Positions 29,458-39,729 of a DNA stretch of 64,000 bases are shown in pieces. Source of the DNA: Terriglobia bacterium (GTDB taxonomy: Bacteria > Acidobacteriota > Terriglobia > 2-12-FULL-54-10); NCBI GenBank assembly GCA_963666975.2, contig CAXVYR010000002.1:160001-224000 (forward strand), given 5' to 3'. How positions within the stretch are numbered: position 1 is the stretch's first letter; every line of letters starts with the position of its first letter. The notes under the pieces were generated by a model that did not search any database, was not told where the DNA came from, and was given only the letters and a program-made list of their open reading frames with translations. A program made the position numbers and the translations under genes.

Positions 29458-30468
29458 TTACGACTCTTTTGTGTTTCCCGAATCTTCCTGTCCGCACGGT
29501 TGCTGGCCGTGGGAAGAACCGTTGTTGGATTGCGAGTATTGTTCGTATGCCCGAATGATCCGCTGGACCAGATGGTGACGAACAACATCCTTCTCGTTGA
29601 AGTACACGAAGCGGATGCCCGGAATCGACTGCACCACATCGATGGCCGTCAGCAGGCCGCTGCGCTTGCCGTCGGGCAAGTCAATTTGGGTGATGTCTCC
29701 CGTGATGACCGCCTTGGAATTAAAACCCAGCCGGGTCAGAAACATTTTCATCTGCTTGCCGGTGGTGTTCTGGGCCTCGTCGAGGATCACAAAGCTGTCG
29801 TTGAGTGTTCGCCCGCACATAAAAGCGATAGGCGCAATCTCGATGGTTCCCCGATCCATGTACCGCTCCACCTTCTCGGCGTCCAGCAGCTCGTAGAGTG
29901 CATCGTAGAGCGGGCGCAGATACGGGTCCACCTTTTCCTGGAGAGTGCCCGGCAGGAAGCCCAACCGTTCTCCCGCCTCCACCGCCGGGCGCGCCAGAAT
30001 GATCCGGTTTACTTTTCGGGCTAGCAGGTAAGAAATCGCCATCCCCACGGCCAGATAGGTCTTGCCGGTTCCGGCCGGGCCGACGCCGAATACCATGTCG
30101 TGCCGGTCGATCGCCTCCAAGTACAGCCGCTGGTTGATGCTTTTGGGAACGATGGGCTTTTTGCCGAAGCTGCGCTGCCGCCCGCTCAACACCAGAGAAC
30201 GGAGGCTGAAGGACGGGTCTTCGGCAACAACTTTCAGGTAGTCTTGCAGGTCGCCGTTGTTAAACGACAGTCCTTCCTTCACGAGCTGACCGTATTCTTC
30301 GACGATCCGCTCCATCCGCTCGACGTTGGCAGGTTCTCCTTCGATTTCCAGGGAATCGTTTTTCAAATGAGCCGTCAATTGGAGGGTGGTTTCCAGCAAC
30401 CGGAGATTTTCGTCCAGGGTGCCGAACAGGGTCTCGATGCCATTGTTGAGTTTTACTTCTTTTCGCAT
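29458..30468 (-). CDS. phoH: PhoH-family ATPase (YbeZ-like)
   Basis: GPAGTGKTYLA, RPAVEAGERLGFLPG, DEAQN, GDITQIDLP. Confidence 0.95.
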   Translation of the reverse strand: MRKEVKLNNGIETLFGTLDENLRLLETTLQLTAHLKNDSLEIEGEPANVERMERIVEEYGQLVKEGLSFNNGDLQDYLKVVAEDPSFSLRSLVLSGRQRSFGKKPIVPKSINQRLYLEAIDRHDMVFGVGPAGTGKTYLAVGMAISYLLARKVNRIILARPAVEAGERLGFLPGTLQEKVDPYLRPLYDALYELLDAEKVERYMDRGTIEIAPIAFMCGRTLNDSFVILDEAQNTTGKQMKMFLTRLGFNSKAVITGDITQIDLPDGKRSGLLTAIDVVQSIPGIRFVYFNEKDVVRHHLVQRIIRAYEQYSQSNNGSSHGQQPCGQEDSGNTKES

Positions 30469-30777
30469 CTAATACGCTGGGCTTGTGAGATTCAGGCTTT
30501 AGATAAAAAAGCTATCCACACATCACCGGCCCTTGCGTCTTTACCAGCATCAATTGTAGCTTAGCATTGCCGGTACCGCCCGTCAAGAAATAGCGTGGCC
30601 TTGTATGGGTGTGGTGAAAGTTGATAGTATTCCTTGTGGTCACTGGCCTTCCGTTGTTGCCAAGATCGTGTTGCAAGGATCAAGGATCAAAGACAGGGTG
30701 GCAAAGATAAAGATAACGATGCGGTCGCCATCTTCGTTTACCGCCAAGACGGAGTTCTTTTTCAGGAGGTTGTTCCC

Positions 30778-32181
30778 GTGGCTGATGAAGATGCATTGGA
30801 TCTGGTAATTCTGGGAAGCGGGCCTGGGGGTTACGTGGCAGCCATCCGGGCGGCTCAGTGGGGGCTCCGAACGGCCGTCGTGGAAAAGGAAGATCGTCTG
30901 GGAGGGACATGCCTGAACGTGGGTTGCATTCCAACCAAGGCCTTGCTGTTCAATGCGGAAGTCTACGATGCCGTTCTGCGCGGGAAGGAATTCGGCATTG
31001 AGTGCGGAGAGGTGAAGCTGCGTTTTGAGGCGGTCCAGGAGCGCACGGCGAAAGTAATCCTGAAGCACAATAAAGGGCTGGAGTATCTGTTCAAGAAACA
31101 TCGGATAGAAAAGGTCCGCGGCTTCGGAAAGCTCCAGGGCGGCGGCCGGATTCAGGTGAGCGGGCCGGACGGGGAACGGGAACTCCGGGCCAAAAACATC
31201 ATTCTGGCGACAGGCTCGGAAGCCAGCATGCTCCCCGGAATGGAGGCTGACGAGGAGCGGGTCCTCACCAACCGGGGGATTCTGCGGCTTCGGGAACGGC
31301 CCCAGTCGCTGCTGATTATCGGCGCCGGGGCCGTGGGCGTGGAGTTTGCCTCCATCTACCGCCGCTTTGGTTCCGAGGTGACGGTGGTGGAGATGCTTCC
31401 CCGTATCCTTCCGCTGGCCGACGAGGAGATTTCCCGGGAACTGGAGAAATCTTTGAAGAAGCAGGGCATCCAAATCCTCACGGGCGCGCGAGTGAAGAGC
31501 TTAAAGAAGAAGGGTGAAGCCGTTGTCGCGGAGGTCACCCAGGGAAGCGCTTCGAAGACGCTCCAGGCCCAGCGGGCGCTGGTGGCGGTCGGGCGAAGGC
31601 CCAACACGGCAAACATCGGCCTCGAAAAAACTCGAGTGGAAACGGAAAAAGGATTTGTCAAAGCCGACAAGTTCATGCAAACGGCCGAGCCGGGAATCTA
31701 TGTCATTGGCGACATCGTAGCAGGCGCGCCGCAACTGGCCCACGCGGCTTCCATGGAGGGCATCGTCGCCGTGGGGAAAATCTGCGGCAAGCAGGTGCCC
31801 CCGATGAATCATCGCCACGTGCCCGATTGCATCTACAGCGAGCCCCAGGTTGCCGGCGTGGGCTTGACCGAGGCCAAGGCGCGGGAGGAGGGTTACTCGG
31901 TCAAGGTCGGCAAATTTCCGTTTCTGGCCAATAGCAAAGCAAGCATTCTGGGATCGCATGAGGGATTTGTGAAGCTCGTTTGCGATGAAAAGTACGGGGA
32001 AATCCTCGGCGCCCATATGATCGGCCCCATGGTTACGGAGATGATCGCCGAGGTCGCCCTGGGCATGCGCCTGGAAGTAACGGTGGAGGACATTATGTAC
32101 ACAGTCCACGCCCATCCCACACTTTCCGAGGCATTGATGGACGCGGCCAATTCGGTCCATTCCCTGACAATCAATGCCTGA
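30778..32181 (+). CDS. lpdA: Dihydrolipoyl dehydrogenase
   Basis: GSGPGGY, GGTCLNVGCIPTK, HAHPTLSE; GTG start after aggagg. Confidence 0.96.
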   Translation: MADEDALDLVILGSGPGGYVAAIRAAQWGLRTAVVEKEDRLGGTCLNVGCIPTKALLFNAEVYDAVLRGKEFGIECGEVKLRFEAVQERTAKVILKHNKGLEYLFKKHRIEKVRGFGKLQGGGRIQVSGPDGERELRAKNIILATGSEASMLPGMEADEERVLTNRGILRLRERPQSLLIIGAGAVGVEFASIYRRFGSEVTVVEMLPRILPLADEEISRELEKSLKKQGIQILTGARVKSLKKKGEAVVAEVTQGSASKTLQAQRALVAVGRRPNTANIGLEKTRVETEKGFVKADKFMQTAEPGIYVIGDIVAGAPQLAHAASMEGIVAVGKICGKQVPPMNHRHVPDCIYSEPQVAGVGLTEAKAREEGYSVKVGKFPFLANSKASILGSHEGFVKLVCDEKYGEILGAHMIGPMVTEMIAEVALGMRLEVTVEDIMYTVHAHPTLSEALMDAANSVHSLTINA

Positions 32182-32199
32182 GCAGTAACAGGACTTTTA

Positions 32200-32991
32200 T
32201 TGCGCCGCGGCGCGGAGTTTCCGGTGAGGACAGTAACCGAAGAAGCGAGTGGAGTTTCCGGCCTGATTCAGGAAAAGGTTCAAGATAAGGTCCAGGGAAA
32301 AGTGTCCCGGCTGCGGATCGCGGACTGCCAAGTATATTATTTAGGGAAGTTGTCCTACCGGCGCGCATGGGAGCTGCAGCGCGCCCTGGTCGCCCGTCGC
32401 AAGGCGGGCGAGATACCGGATACGCTGCTGCTTCTGGAGCACCCTCCGGTCATCACTCTGGGACGCAACGGGCACAGGCGGCATCTGTTGAGTTCGCCGG
32501 AGACGCTCCAGGAGCAGGGCATCGAGTTTGTTGAAACAGACCGCGGCGGAGACATCACCTACCACGGACCCGGCCAACTGGTGGGCTATCCCATCCTGGA
32601 CCTCAGCGCTATTCGCAAGGATGTGGTCTGGTATGTGCGGACTCTGGAAGAGGTTCTCATCCGCGCGGCGGCGGATTTCGGAATACGCGCTGGACGCAGG
32701 GAAAAGCTGACTGGCGCGTGGGTGGACGGTTGCAAGCTGGCAGCCATTGGGGTGCGCATCAGCCGCTGGATTACCTCCCACGGGTTTGCATTGAATGTGG
32801 AGACGGACCTCGGCTCCTTCCGGCATATTGTCCCCTGCGGAATCACCGCCTGTCCGGTGACCTCATTCCGCGAATTGCTGGGCAACCTCGCGGACCTCGG
32901 ACAGGTTAGGGAGCGCGTAACGCAGCATATGGGCGAACTGTTTGGACTCAGAATGCAGGCGGCTGCGCCGGAGCAGTTGCAGCGTTTTTGA
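32200..32991 (+). CDS. lipB: Lipoyl(octanoyl) transferase
   Basis: LEHPPVITLG, RGGDITYHGPGQLVGYP, HGFALN, IVPCG; start uncertain. Confidence 0.95.
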   Translation: MRRGAEFPVRTVTEEASGVSGLIQEKVQDKVQGKVSRLRIADCQVYYLGKLSYRRAWELQRALVARRKAGEIPDTLLLLEHPPVITLGRNGHRRHLLSSPETLQEQGIEFVETDRGGDITYHGPGQLVGYPILDLSAIRKDVVWYVRTLEEVLIRAAADFGIRAGRREKLTGAWVDGCKLAAIGVRISRWITSHGFALNVETDLGSFRHIVPCGITACPVTSFRELLGNLADLGQVRERVTQHMGELFGLRMQAAAPEQLQRF

Positions 32992-33030
32992 GAAAGTGGT
33001 TTTCCGCGACAGAGAGGAAGGGAGAACAGC

Positions 33031-34317
33031 ATGCCGACCGATGTGCGGATGCCCCAAATGGGCGAGAGCATTTCCGAAGGAACCGTGACCCGCTGGCTCA
33101 AGAAGGTGGGAGAGACGGTGGAGAAGGACGAGCCACTGTTTGAAATCTCGACCGACAAGGTGGACGCGGAAATTCCCTCTCCGGAGGCCGGCACCCTCAT
33201 TCAGGTCATGGCCGCCGAAGGGCAGACGGTGGCGGTCCATAGTGTTGTGGCACAGATTCAGTCCGGTAAGGAAGACGGAAGCGCTTCCCAGCCCGGGGCT
33301 GCTTCCAAACCAGGCCCCGTCCCGGTTGTTCGAGAGACACCGGTGCGCGACCGCGAGGAAACCGCTGTGCAGGAGCCATCCCGGCCAGAGCCTAAGCGGC
33401 CAGAAGCTGGACAAACGGCGGCAAAAGAAAGCGCCGCGCCGGTCCGCAGCTCTCCGTTGGTGAAGAAAATGGCGGCGGAACACAACGTGGACCTGACCCA
33501 TGTGAAAGGGAGCGGCTCGGGAGGAAGGGTCACCAAGGAAGACCTGCTCGCCTACGTCGAAGCCCGCAAGGCGGCGCCTCCGGCCCCGGCTCCGGCTTCA
33601 GTCCCAGCCGCGGCGGCCTCTTCCGGTCGCGTAGAGACCGTTCCGATGAGCACCATGCGGAAAAGGATCGCCGGGCATATGGTGCTGAGCCGCCGAACCT
33701 CGGCGCACGTCACCACGGTCTTTACGGTGGATGTGACGCGGGTGGTGGGACTCTATCAGCGGGAGAAAGGACGGTTCACCAGCCAGGAGAACACCAAGCT
33801 CAGCTTTACACCGTTTTTCGTCCGTGCGGCGATTGACGCCTTGAAGCGGTTCCCCATCGTCAACAGCTCCGTCTCGGGCGAGGACATTCTGTACAAGAAA
33901 GACATTCACATGGGCATCGCCGTGGCTCTGGACTGGGGCCTGATCGTCCCGGTGATCCACCATGCCGACGAAAAAAGTTTTCTGGGGCTGGCGCGCGCCG
34001 TCAATGACCTGGCCGACCGCGCCCGCCGCAAGAAGCTTTCTCCCGCCGAGGTGCAGGGCGGAACCTTTACCATCACCAATCCGGGCGCGCTCGGAAGCCT
34101 GTTTGCGACGCCCATCATCAATCAGCCGCAGGTGGCCATCATGGGCGTGGGCGGGGTCAACAAAACGCCGGTCGTCATCAACGACGCCATCGCCATTCGC
34201 TCGGTCGTGTACCTGTCGCTCAGCTACGACCACCGAGTGATCGACGGGTTCGTTGCCGACGAGTTTATGGCTTCGGTGAAAAGCTATTTGGAGAACTGGG
34301 AAGAGAGCTTGCTTTAG
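33031..34317 (+). CDS. 2-oxoacid dehydrogenase E2 (SucB/DlaT-like acyltransferase)
   Basis: Lipoyl domain STDKVDAEIPSP, E3-binding GSGSGGRVTKED, catalytic YDHRVIDG. Confidence 0.92.
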   Translation: MPTDVRMPQMGESISEGTVTRWLKKVGETVEKDEPLFEISTDKVDAEIPSPEAGTLIQVMAAEGQTVAVHSVVAQIQSGKEDGSASQPGAASKPGPVPVVRETPVRDREETAVQEPSRPEPKRPEAGQTAAKESAAPVRSSPLVKKMAAEHNVDLTHVKGSGSGGRVTKEDLLAYVEARKAAPPAPAPASVPAAAASSGRVETVPMSTMRKRIAGHMVLSRRTSAHVTTVFTVDVTRVVGLYQREKGRFTSQENTKLSFTPFFVRAAIDALKRFPIVNSSVSGEDILYKKDIHMGIAVALDWGLIVPVIHHADEKSFLGLARAVNDLADRARRKKLSPAEVQGGTFTITNPGALGSLFATPIINQPQVAIMGVGGVNKTPVVINDAIAIRSVVYLSLSYDHRVIDGFVADEFMASVKSYLENWEESLL

Positions 34318-35244
34318 TCAGGAAATTCGATCCGCGATCCTTGCCACCGCCACCATCTGGCGGACGTCGTGAACGCGCACGATATGCGCGCCGTTTAGAA
34401 TGGCTGCCGTTACCGCTGCCGCCGTTGCGAACGCCATTGCGAACAACGATTCTTCCGACACAGAATATTCCGCCTTCCTGTTATGACGAAAACTCTTAGG
34501 CTGGGATTGAGTCCCGGACAAGTCTGACAAGGCCCATCGGAGAAACGATTTTCTCGATGGGCCGGCCAGGATGGGATATCCAAGGCGTGTCAAATTCGGC
34601 AGGCCTTTCAGGATTTCAAAATTCTGACCGGCATTCTTCCCGAACCCAATTCCAGGATCGATGACAATCTGCCGTTTCTTGATTCCCGCGTTGCGTGCCC
34701 GGCCAATGGTGGCAGCGAGCCCCCGGCAGATGGCGGGGAGGAGCTGCTTTACCGGAGGAAGCTTCTGCATGGTGCGAGGCGTGCCGCGCAGATGCATCAG
34801 CACCACTGCCGCCTGATGTCGCCGCACAACCTCGGCCAGTTCAGAATCATAGCGCAGGCCGCTCACATCGTTGACGATCTCCGCGCCGGCACGGAGCGCA
34901 CGGTCCGCGACCATGGCCTTGGTAGTGTCGATCGAAATCGGAATCCGAAGCCCTTTGCGGCGGAGGGCTTCGATGACGGGGATGGCGCGGTCAAGCTCCT
35001 CGGCTGCCTCGACCGGCTGAGCGCCCGGTCTGGTGGATTCTCCGCCGATGTCCAGCAAGTCGGCGCCTTCTCGTTCAATCTCAAGTCCCCGGGCGACGGC
35101 GGCCCGGCGGTCAAAATAAATGCCCCGGTCGGAAAAAGAGTCCGGCGTGACATTGAGAATGCCCATCACCAGGGTGTGTCTTCCCAAGGCCAAGGTTCGG
35201 CGGGGCAGTTGCAGCAAAAAGGGCTTGCGGTGTTGAAGAGACAA
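34318..35244 (-). CDS. folP: Dihydropteroate synthase
   Basis: MGILNVTPDSFSD, GGESTRPG, DPGIGFGK, SRKSF, VRVHDV. Confidence 0.96.
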   Translation of the reverse strand: MSLQHRKPFLLQLPRRTLALGRHTLVMGILNVTPDSFSDRGIYFDRRAAVARGLEIEREGADLLDIGGESTRPGAQPVEAAEELDRAIPVIEALRRKGLRIPISIDTTKAMVADRALRAGAEIVNDVSGLRYDSELAEVVRRHQAAVVLMHLRGTPRTMQKLPPVKQLLPAICRGLAATIGRARNAGIKKRQIVIDPGIGFGKNAGQNFEILKGLPNLTRLGYPILAGPSRKSFLRWALSDLSGTQSQPKSFRHNRKAEYSVSEESLFAMAFATAAAVTAAILNGAHIVRVHDVRQMVAVARIADRIS

Positions 35245-35274
35245 TTCGGAGAGTGAACTCTTAAGCCGGCAAAC

Positions 35275-37203
35275 TTAAGCGGGAGCCGGTTTCTCGCCCT
35301 CGGCCAAGCCTGGCGGCTTCCCCGGGGCACGCACGGGACCCGGCTTGAGAACCTGTTGCGTCTGGTCCTCATCGTCGGGGGGCTTCTCCACGGCAGCAGG
35401 CTTAACCGGCAGCGGTTCCCTTTTGATGAGCATCTTGACATCATTAGCGTCCAGAATTTCCCGTTCCAGCAGCGCCTCGGCAATCCGGATCAGCTCCTCC
35501 CGATTTCCCGTCAAGATGGACTTTGCCGTCTGGTAGCCTTGATCGACCAGCCGCTTGACTTCCTGATCGATGCGAATGGCCGTATCCTCGCTGAAGTCGC
35601 GGTGCTGGGCAATCTCGCGTCCAAGGAAGATCTGCTCTTCTTTCTTGCCGAAAGTCAGCGGTCCCAGATTGCTCATGCCCCATTCGCAGACCATCTTGCG
35701 CGCCAGCGAGGTAGCCTGATCCAGGTCGTTGCCAGCGCCGGTGGTTTGGTGGTTGAAGAAAATTTCCTCGGCCAGCCGCCCGCCCATCATGACGGCGAGC
35801 TGGCTATCCAGGTACTCTTTTGTGTAGGTGTGCTTGTCGTCGACCGGCAACTGCATGGTCACGCCCAAAGCCAAGCCACGCGGAATGATGGTTACCTTGT
35901 GTATAGGGTCGGCATGGGGCACGATAACGGCTACCAGCGCGTGGCCCGCCTCATGAAAAGCGGTGTTTTTCTTTTCCTCTTCGCTGATGATGAGCGACCG
36001 CCGCTCGGCTCCCATCAGGACCTTATCCTTGGCTGTCTCGAAATCGACCATCGCGACCGATTTATGGTTCGGGCGAGCAGCAAGGAGGGCCGCTTCGTTG
36101 ACCACGTTCGCCAAGTCGGCCCCGGAAAACCCAGGGGTGCCGCGAGCAATCACCGACAACTCCACGTCCTCGCCCAGGGGAATCTTTTTGGTATGAACCT
36201 GAAGAATGCCCAGGCGGCCATTCACGTCGGGTCTCGGGACCACCACGCGGCGGTCAAAACGGCCCGGCCGCAGCAGGGCAGGGTCCAGAACGTCGGGCCG
36301 GTTCGTAGCGGCAACCAGAATGACGCCCTCGTTGGACTCGAAGCCGTCCATCTCCACCAGCAACTGGTTCAAGGTCTGTTCCCGCTCGTCATGTCCGCCG
36401 CCCAGCCCGGCGCCGCGATGGCGTCCCACGGCGTCGATTTCATCGATGAAGATGATGCAGGGCGCATTTTTCTTGCCTTGATCGAAGAGGTCTCGCACCC
36501 GGCTGGCGCCCACTCCGACGAACATCTCCACGAAATCAGAGCCGCTGATGGAGAAGAAAGGACAATTGGCCTCCCCGGCAATCGCGCGCGCCAGCAGCGT
36601 CTTGCCGGTTCCCGGCGCGCCCATCAGGATGACACCTTTGGGAATCCGTCCGCCCAGCTTTTGGAATCTTTGGGGGTCCCGCAGAAACTCGATGATCTCC
36701 TGGAGTTCCTCTTTAGCCTCGTCCACTCCGGCCACGTCTTTGAAGGTGATTTTCTTCTGCTGCTTCGAGAGCAGGCGGGCGCGGCTTTTGCCGAACGACA
36801 GGGCTTTATTGCCTCCCGTTTGCATCTGCCGCATCATGAATATCCAGAATCCGATTAAGAGCAGGAAGGGGGAAGCGTTCACGAGGATGCTGACCCAGGA
36901 GCTGCTGGAGCTTTCCTTGACGTTGATCACCACGCCTTTTTCGCGGAGGATGGAAATCAAATCGGGATAGTCGTTGGGGACCACCGTTTTCATGCGGCTA
37001 TTGTCCGTCTTGAACCGGCCCTGCACCTCATTGTTGCCGTAGAGAGTAATCTCCGAGATGTTTCCCTCTTCCACGTTGCTCATGAAGTCCGTGAAGGAAA
37101 GCTCGTTCTCGGCAGGACTCCCTGATTTAACAAATTGCCAAAGCAGAAGGGCAGTGGCCAGCATGACAGCCCAGAACACAATTGTTTTTGCCGTCGAGTT
37201 CAC
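35275..37203 (-). CDS. ftsH: ATP-dependent zinc metalloprotease FtsH
   Basis: [27 protein letters not shown]. Confidence 0.98.
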   Translation of the reverse strand: MNSTAKTIVFWAVMLATALLLWQFVKSGSPAENELSFTDFMSNVEEGNISEITLYGNNEVQGRFKTDNSRMKTVVPNDYPDLISILREKGVVINVKESSSSSWVSILVNASPFLLLIGFWIFMMRQMQTGGNKALSFGKSRARLLSKQQKKITFKDVAGVDEAKEELQEIIEFLRDPQRFQKLGGRIPKGVILMGAPGTGKTLLARAIAGEANCPFFSISGSDFVEMFVGVGASRVRDLFDQGKKNAPCIIFIDEIDAVGRHRGAGLGGGHDEREQTLNQLLVEMDGFESNEGVILVAATNRPDVLDPALLRPGRFDRRVVVPRPDVNGRLGILQVHTKKIPLGEDVELSVIARGTPGFSGADLANVVNEAALLAARPNHKSVAMVDFETAKDKVLMGAERRSLIISEEEKKNTAFHEAGHALVAVIVPHADPIHKVTIIPRGLALGVTMQLPVDDKHTYTKEYLDSQLAVMMGGRLAEEIFFNHQTTGAGNDLDQATSLARKMVCEWGMSNLGPLTFGKKEEQIFLGREIAQHRDFSEDTAIRIDQEVKRLVDQGYQTAKSILTGNREELIRIAEALLEREILDANDVKMLIKREPLPVKPAAVEKPPDDEDQTQQVLKPGPVRAPGKPPGLAEGEKPAPA

Positions 37204-37221
37204 TCTTTTTCCTTGCCTTCC

Positions 37222-37770
37222 TTAATTGCTTGTTCCCTGTCTTTTTTCGTCACGGTCTGCCGCAGGAGAGTCTAATGCTATGTAGGGAAGGTTGCGGTAC
37301 AGGCCGTCTTTTCCCAATCCATATCCGACCAAATGCGAACCGTCCCACGGAAATCCCGAATAATCCACGCTGAAAGGCAGATGCCGCATGTCTTCTCTGT
37401 TGATCAGGGCAGCCGTCCGCAGCGACTTGGGCTCCTTCAGCAAAAGCTGTTGCACCAAATGATCGAGAGTAATCCCGCTTTCCACTATGGCGTCGACCAG
37501 AAGAAGGTTCTTTCCCCGTACTTGCTCCATCGGGCTGTAGACGACGTTCCGGCGCGGACGCCCTCCCTCCACCGTGTCGATAGCCTCCACCTTAAGGAAA
37601 TGACAAATCACAGGGCAAGTCAAATGTTTTACCAGGTCGGTCAAAAACATAAAGCCGTTGTCTAAAATGCCGACTGCCTCGACCACTTCCTCGCCGTAAT
37701 CGCTGGAAATATCTCCAGCCATCTGGCGGACTCGCTGCTGGATTTTTTCTTCCGAAAAAGCTACCTCCAC
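37222..37770 (-). CDS. hpt: Hypoxanthine phosphoribosyltransferase homolog (degenerate motifs)
   Basis: PRT fold, VGYGLG..GLYRNLPYI tail, tilS-hpt-ftsH synteny. Confidence 0.8.
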   Translation of the reverse strand: MEVAFSEEKIQQRVRQMAGDISSDYGEEVVEAVGILDNGFMFLTDLVKHLTCPVICHFLKVEAIDTVEGGRPRRNVVYSPMEQVRGKNLLLVDAIVESGITLDHLVQQLLLKEPKSLRTAALINREDMRHLPFSVDYSGFPWDGSHLVGYGLGKDGLYRNLPYIALDSPAADRDEKRQGTSN

Positions 37771-37783
37771 TGTTTCCCTCCGG

Positions 37784-39298
37784 TCACAGATGGCTTTCCT
37801 GGATGAGAATGGCCTGCCTGCTCTGCCGACGGGGAGAAAATCCTTCCGCTACCTCCAGGCCACGGGTCCAAACAATTTCGTTCCCGCACAGAAGCACCGG
37901 CCATCCTTGCCGCTCGCTCCGAGGAACGCGCAATCTTTGAAATAGCTCTTTTAGCTTTCTCCGTCGCTGATGTCCCTTTTGCCTGTAGCTGTCTCCCGGC
38001 TGCCAGCTTCGCAATGTCAAAGGATTCTCCGCAATTCCGGCGTCCAGCAACTCTCCGCCTCTCCTATTATACCGCGCTTCGCCTGCTCCCCAAGGCACTA
38101 ATTTGAATGCAAATAAGGCATTAATTTCAGGGACGTCCAATTGGCTGGGAATGCGGATTCGGCGGGAGAATTTTTGCGGCATGGGGTTCGGACTGTCCTC
38201 ATGCTCGCCGCTTGCACACTCACTGTTTGCACGCTCATTCTTTGCGCACTCACTGTTTGTACACTCAATGAACAGATGTGAAAATTCTTTTCTTGCGACC
38301 ATTCTTAAGGGCAGGGACAGAACCCTGCCGCTTTGCCCCGTGCAAGCAAATCGGAGGAGCTGCTCGATTTGTACGGAATCGAAAGGAAGGGTTTTGCTCC
38401 GTTTCCGGCCGGAGTTTCCGGCGGAATCATTCTTTGAGGAGCGATGATCCATTTGAGCAACGGCGCCGGTAGCCCAGCGCAGAACACGCCGGGCCACTGC
38501 CGGCGGAGCTTTCCGGATTCGCTCAATGTCGATTTGGAGTTTTCCCTCGACCCATCGCGTGCTCTGCAGCAGAATCGGCTCCAGGTAATCCCGCCAAAAG
38601 GCCTCCTCGTCACGGGCAATTCCGGCGTTGGACGCCAAGGTCTCCACGATTCGCGGGTTGAACTGCGACAACAGGGGCAACAACTGGCGGCGGATGCGGT
38701 TGCGGGTATAGCGAAGGTCCTGATTGCTCGAGTCCTCCCGCCATGGTTTCTGCTGTATCTTCAGCCAGTCCAAAAGGGCGCTGCGGCGCACGTCAAAAAG
38801 AGGCCGGATGATTTTGCCTTCCACTACAGGATAGGCGCCGGCCAGTCCGCGCGTGCCTGCGCCGCGCAGCAGGCGGTGCAGCACCGTTTCCGCCTGATCG
38901 TCGGCGGTATGTCCCACTGCTACCCGGTCCGTCTTCCCGGTTTCGGTCAGCGAAAACAGGAAGCCATAACGCAGCTCGCGGGCCTTTCCTTCCAGATTGG
39001 CTCCGGCAGAGCGGGCGGCGCGCCGGACATCGGCGTGTTCTAAATAGAAAGGCACTTGCAGGCGCTCAGCCAGGCGGCGAACGAACTGCTCGTCTCCGTC
39101 AGACTCCTCCCCCCGCAAGCGGTGATTGAAGTGGCAGACCGAAAGAGTGCAACCCAGATGAGGAGACATCTCCTGCAGAATCCAAGCCAGTGCAGTGGAA
39201 TCCGGCCCCCCCGAGCAGGCCACCGAGACGCGCTGGCCGGGAGAAATCATGCCAAACCGCAGGATCGTTTCCAGAACTTGTTTCCGTATGGCTTTCAT
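37784..39298 (-). CDS. tilS: tRNA(Ile)-lysidine synthetase
   Basis: SGGPDS, HFNHRLRG, GHTADDQAET, EDSSN...RNRIR. Confidence 0.96.
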   Translation of the reverse strand: MKAIRKQVLETILRFGMISPGQRVSVACSGGPDSTALAWILQEMSPHLGCTLSVCHFNHRLRGEESDGDEQFVRRLAERLQVPFYLEHADVRRAARSAGANLEGKARELRYGFLFSLTETGKTDRVAVGHTADDQAETVLHRLLRGAGTRGLAGAYPVVEGKIIRPLFDVRRSALLDWLKIQQKPWREDSSNQDLRYTRNRIRRQLLPLLSQFNPRIVETLASNAGIARDEEAFWRDYLEPILLQSTRWVEGKLQIDIERIRKAPPAVARRVLRWATGAVAQMDHRSSKNDSAGNSGRKRSKTLPFDSVQIEQLLRFACTGQSGRVLSLPLRMVARKEFSHLFIECTNSECAKNERANSECASGEHEDSPNPMPQKFSRRIRIPSQLDVPEINALFAFKLVPWGAGEARYNRRGGELLDAGIAENPLTLRSWQPGDSYRQKGHQRRRKLKELFQRLRVPRSERQGWPVLLCGNEIVWTRGLEVAEGFSPRRQSRQAILIQESHL

Positions 39299-39729
39299 AA
39301 TCCCCCGGCCGGAGCCTGCCGGCTGCACAGAGCATGCATACGCTGCATCCGCTGTTTATTATCCGTCAGAACCGGTTGTAGGGAAGGGAAGAATTCAGTG
39401 GAAGGGTTGAAGCGTTGAAGCGGCAAGGGATGAATTCTTTCGCAAGCGCGCTTAAGAACGGAAGAAAAGTGCAACTGCAAGTCCGGCGATCAAGCCCATC
39501 GCAGCAGCGTACAAGGCAGCTTTCTTGAGCAGCTCCAGCCAGATGTTGCCCATGCGCTTGTTGAAATCGCTGTCACGTTGAGCGATACCTTCCACTCTCG
39601 TGCTCAGTTCGCTGTCCGGTAGGGTGTTTTGCAATCCGATATCCTCTTTGCTCTTTGATGGGGCCCCTCGAGATGTCCTCGCCGGGATTTCGTTACCGAA
39701 ACCGCACTGAAAGAAAGGCCGCACAAATC

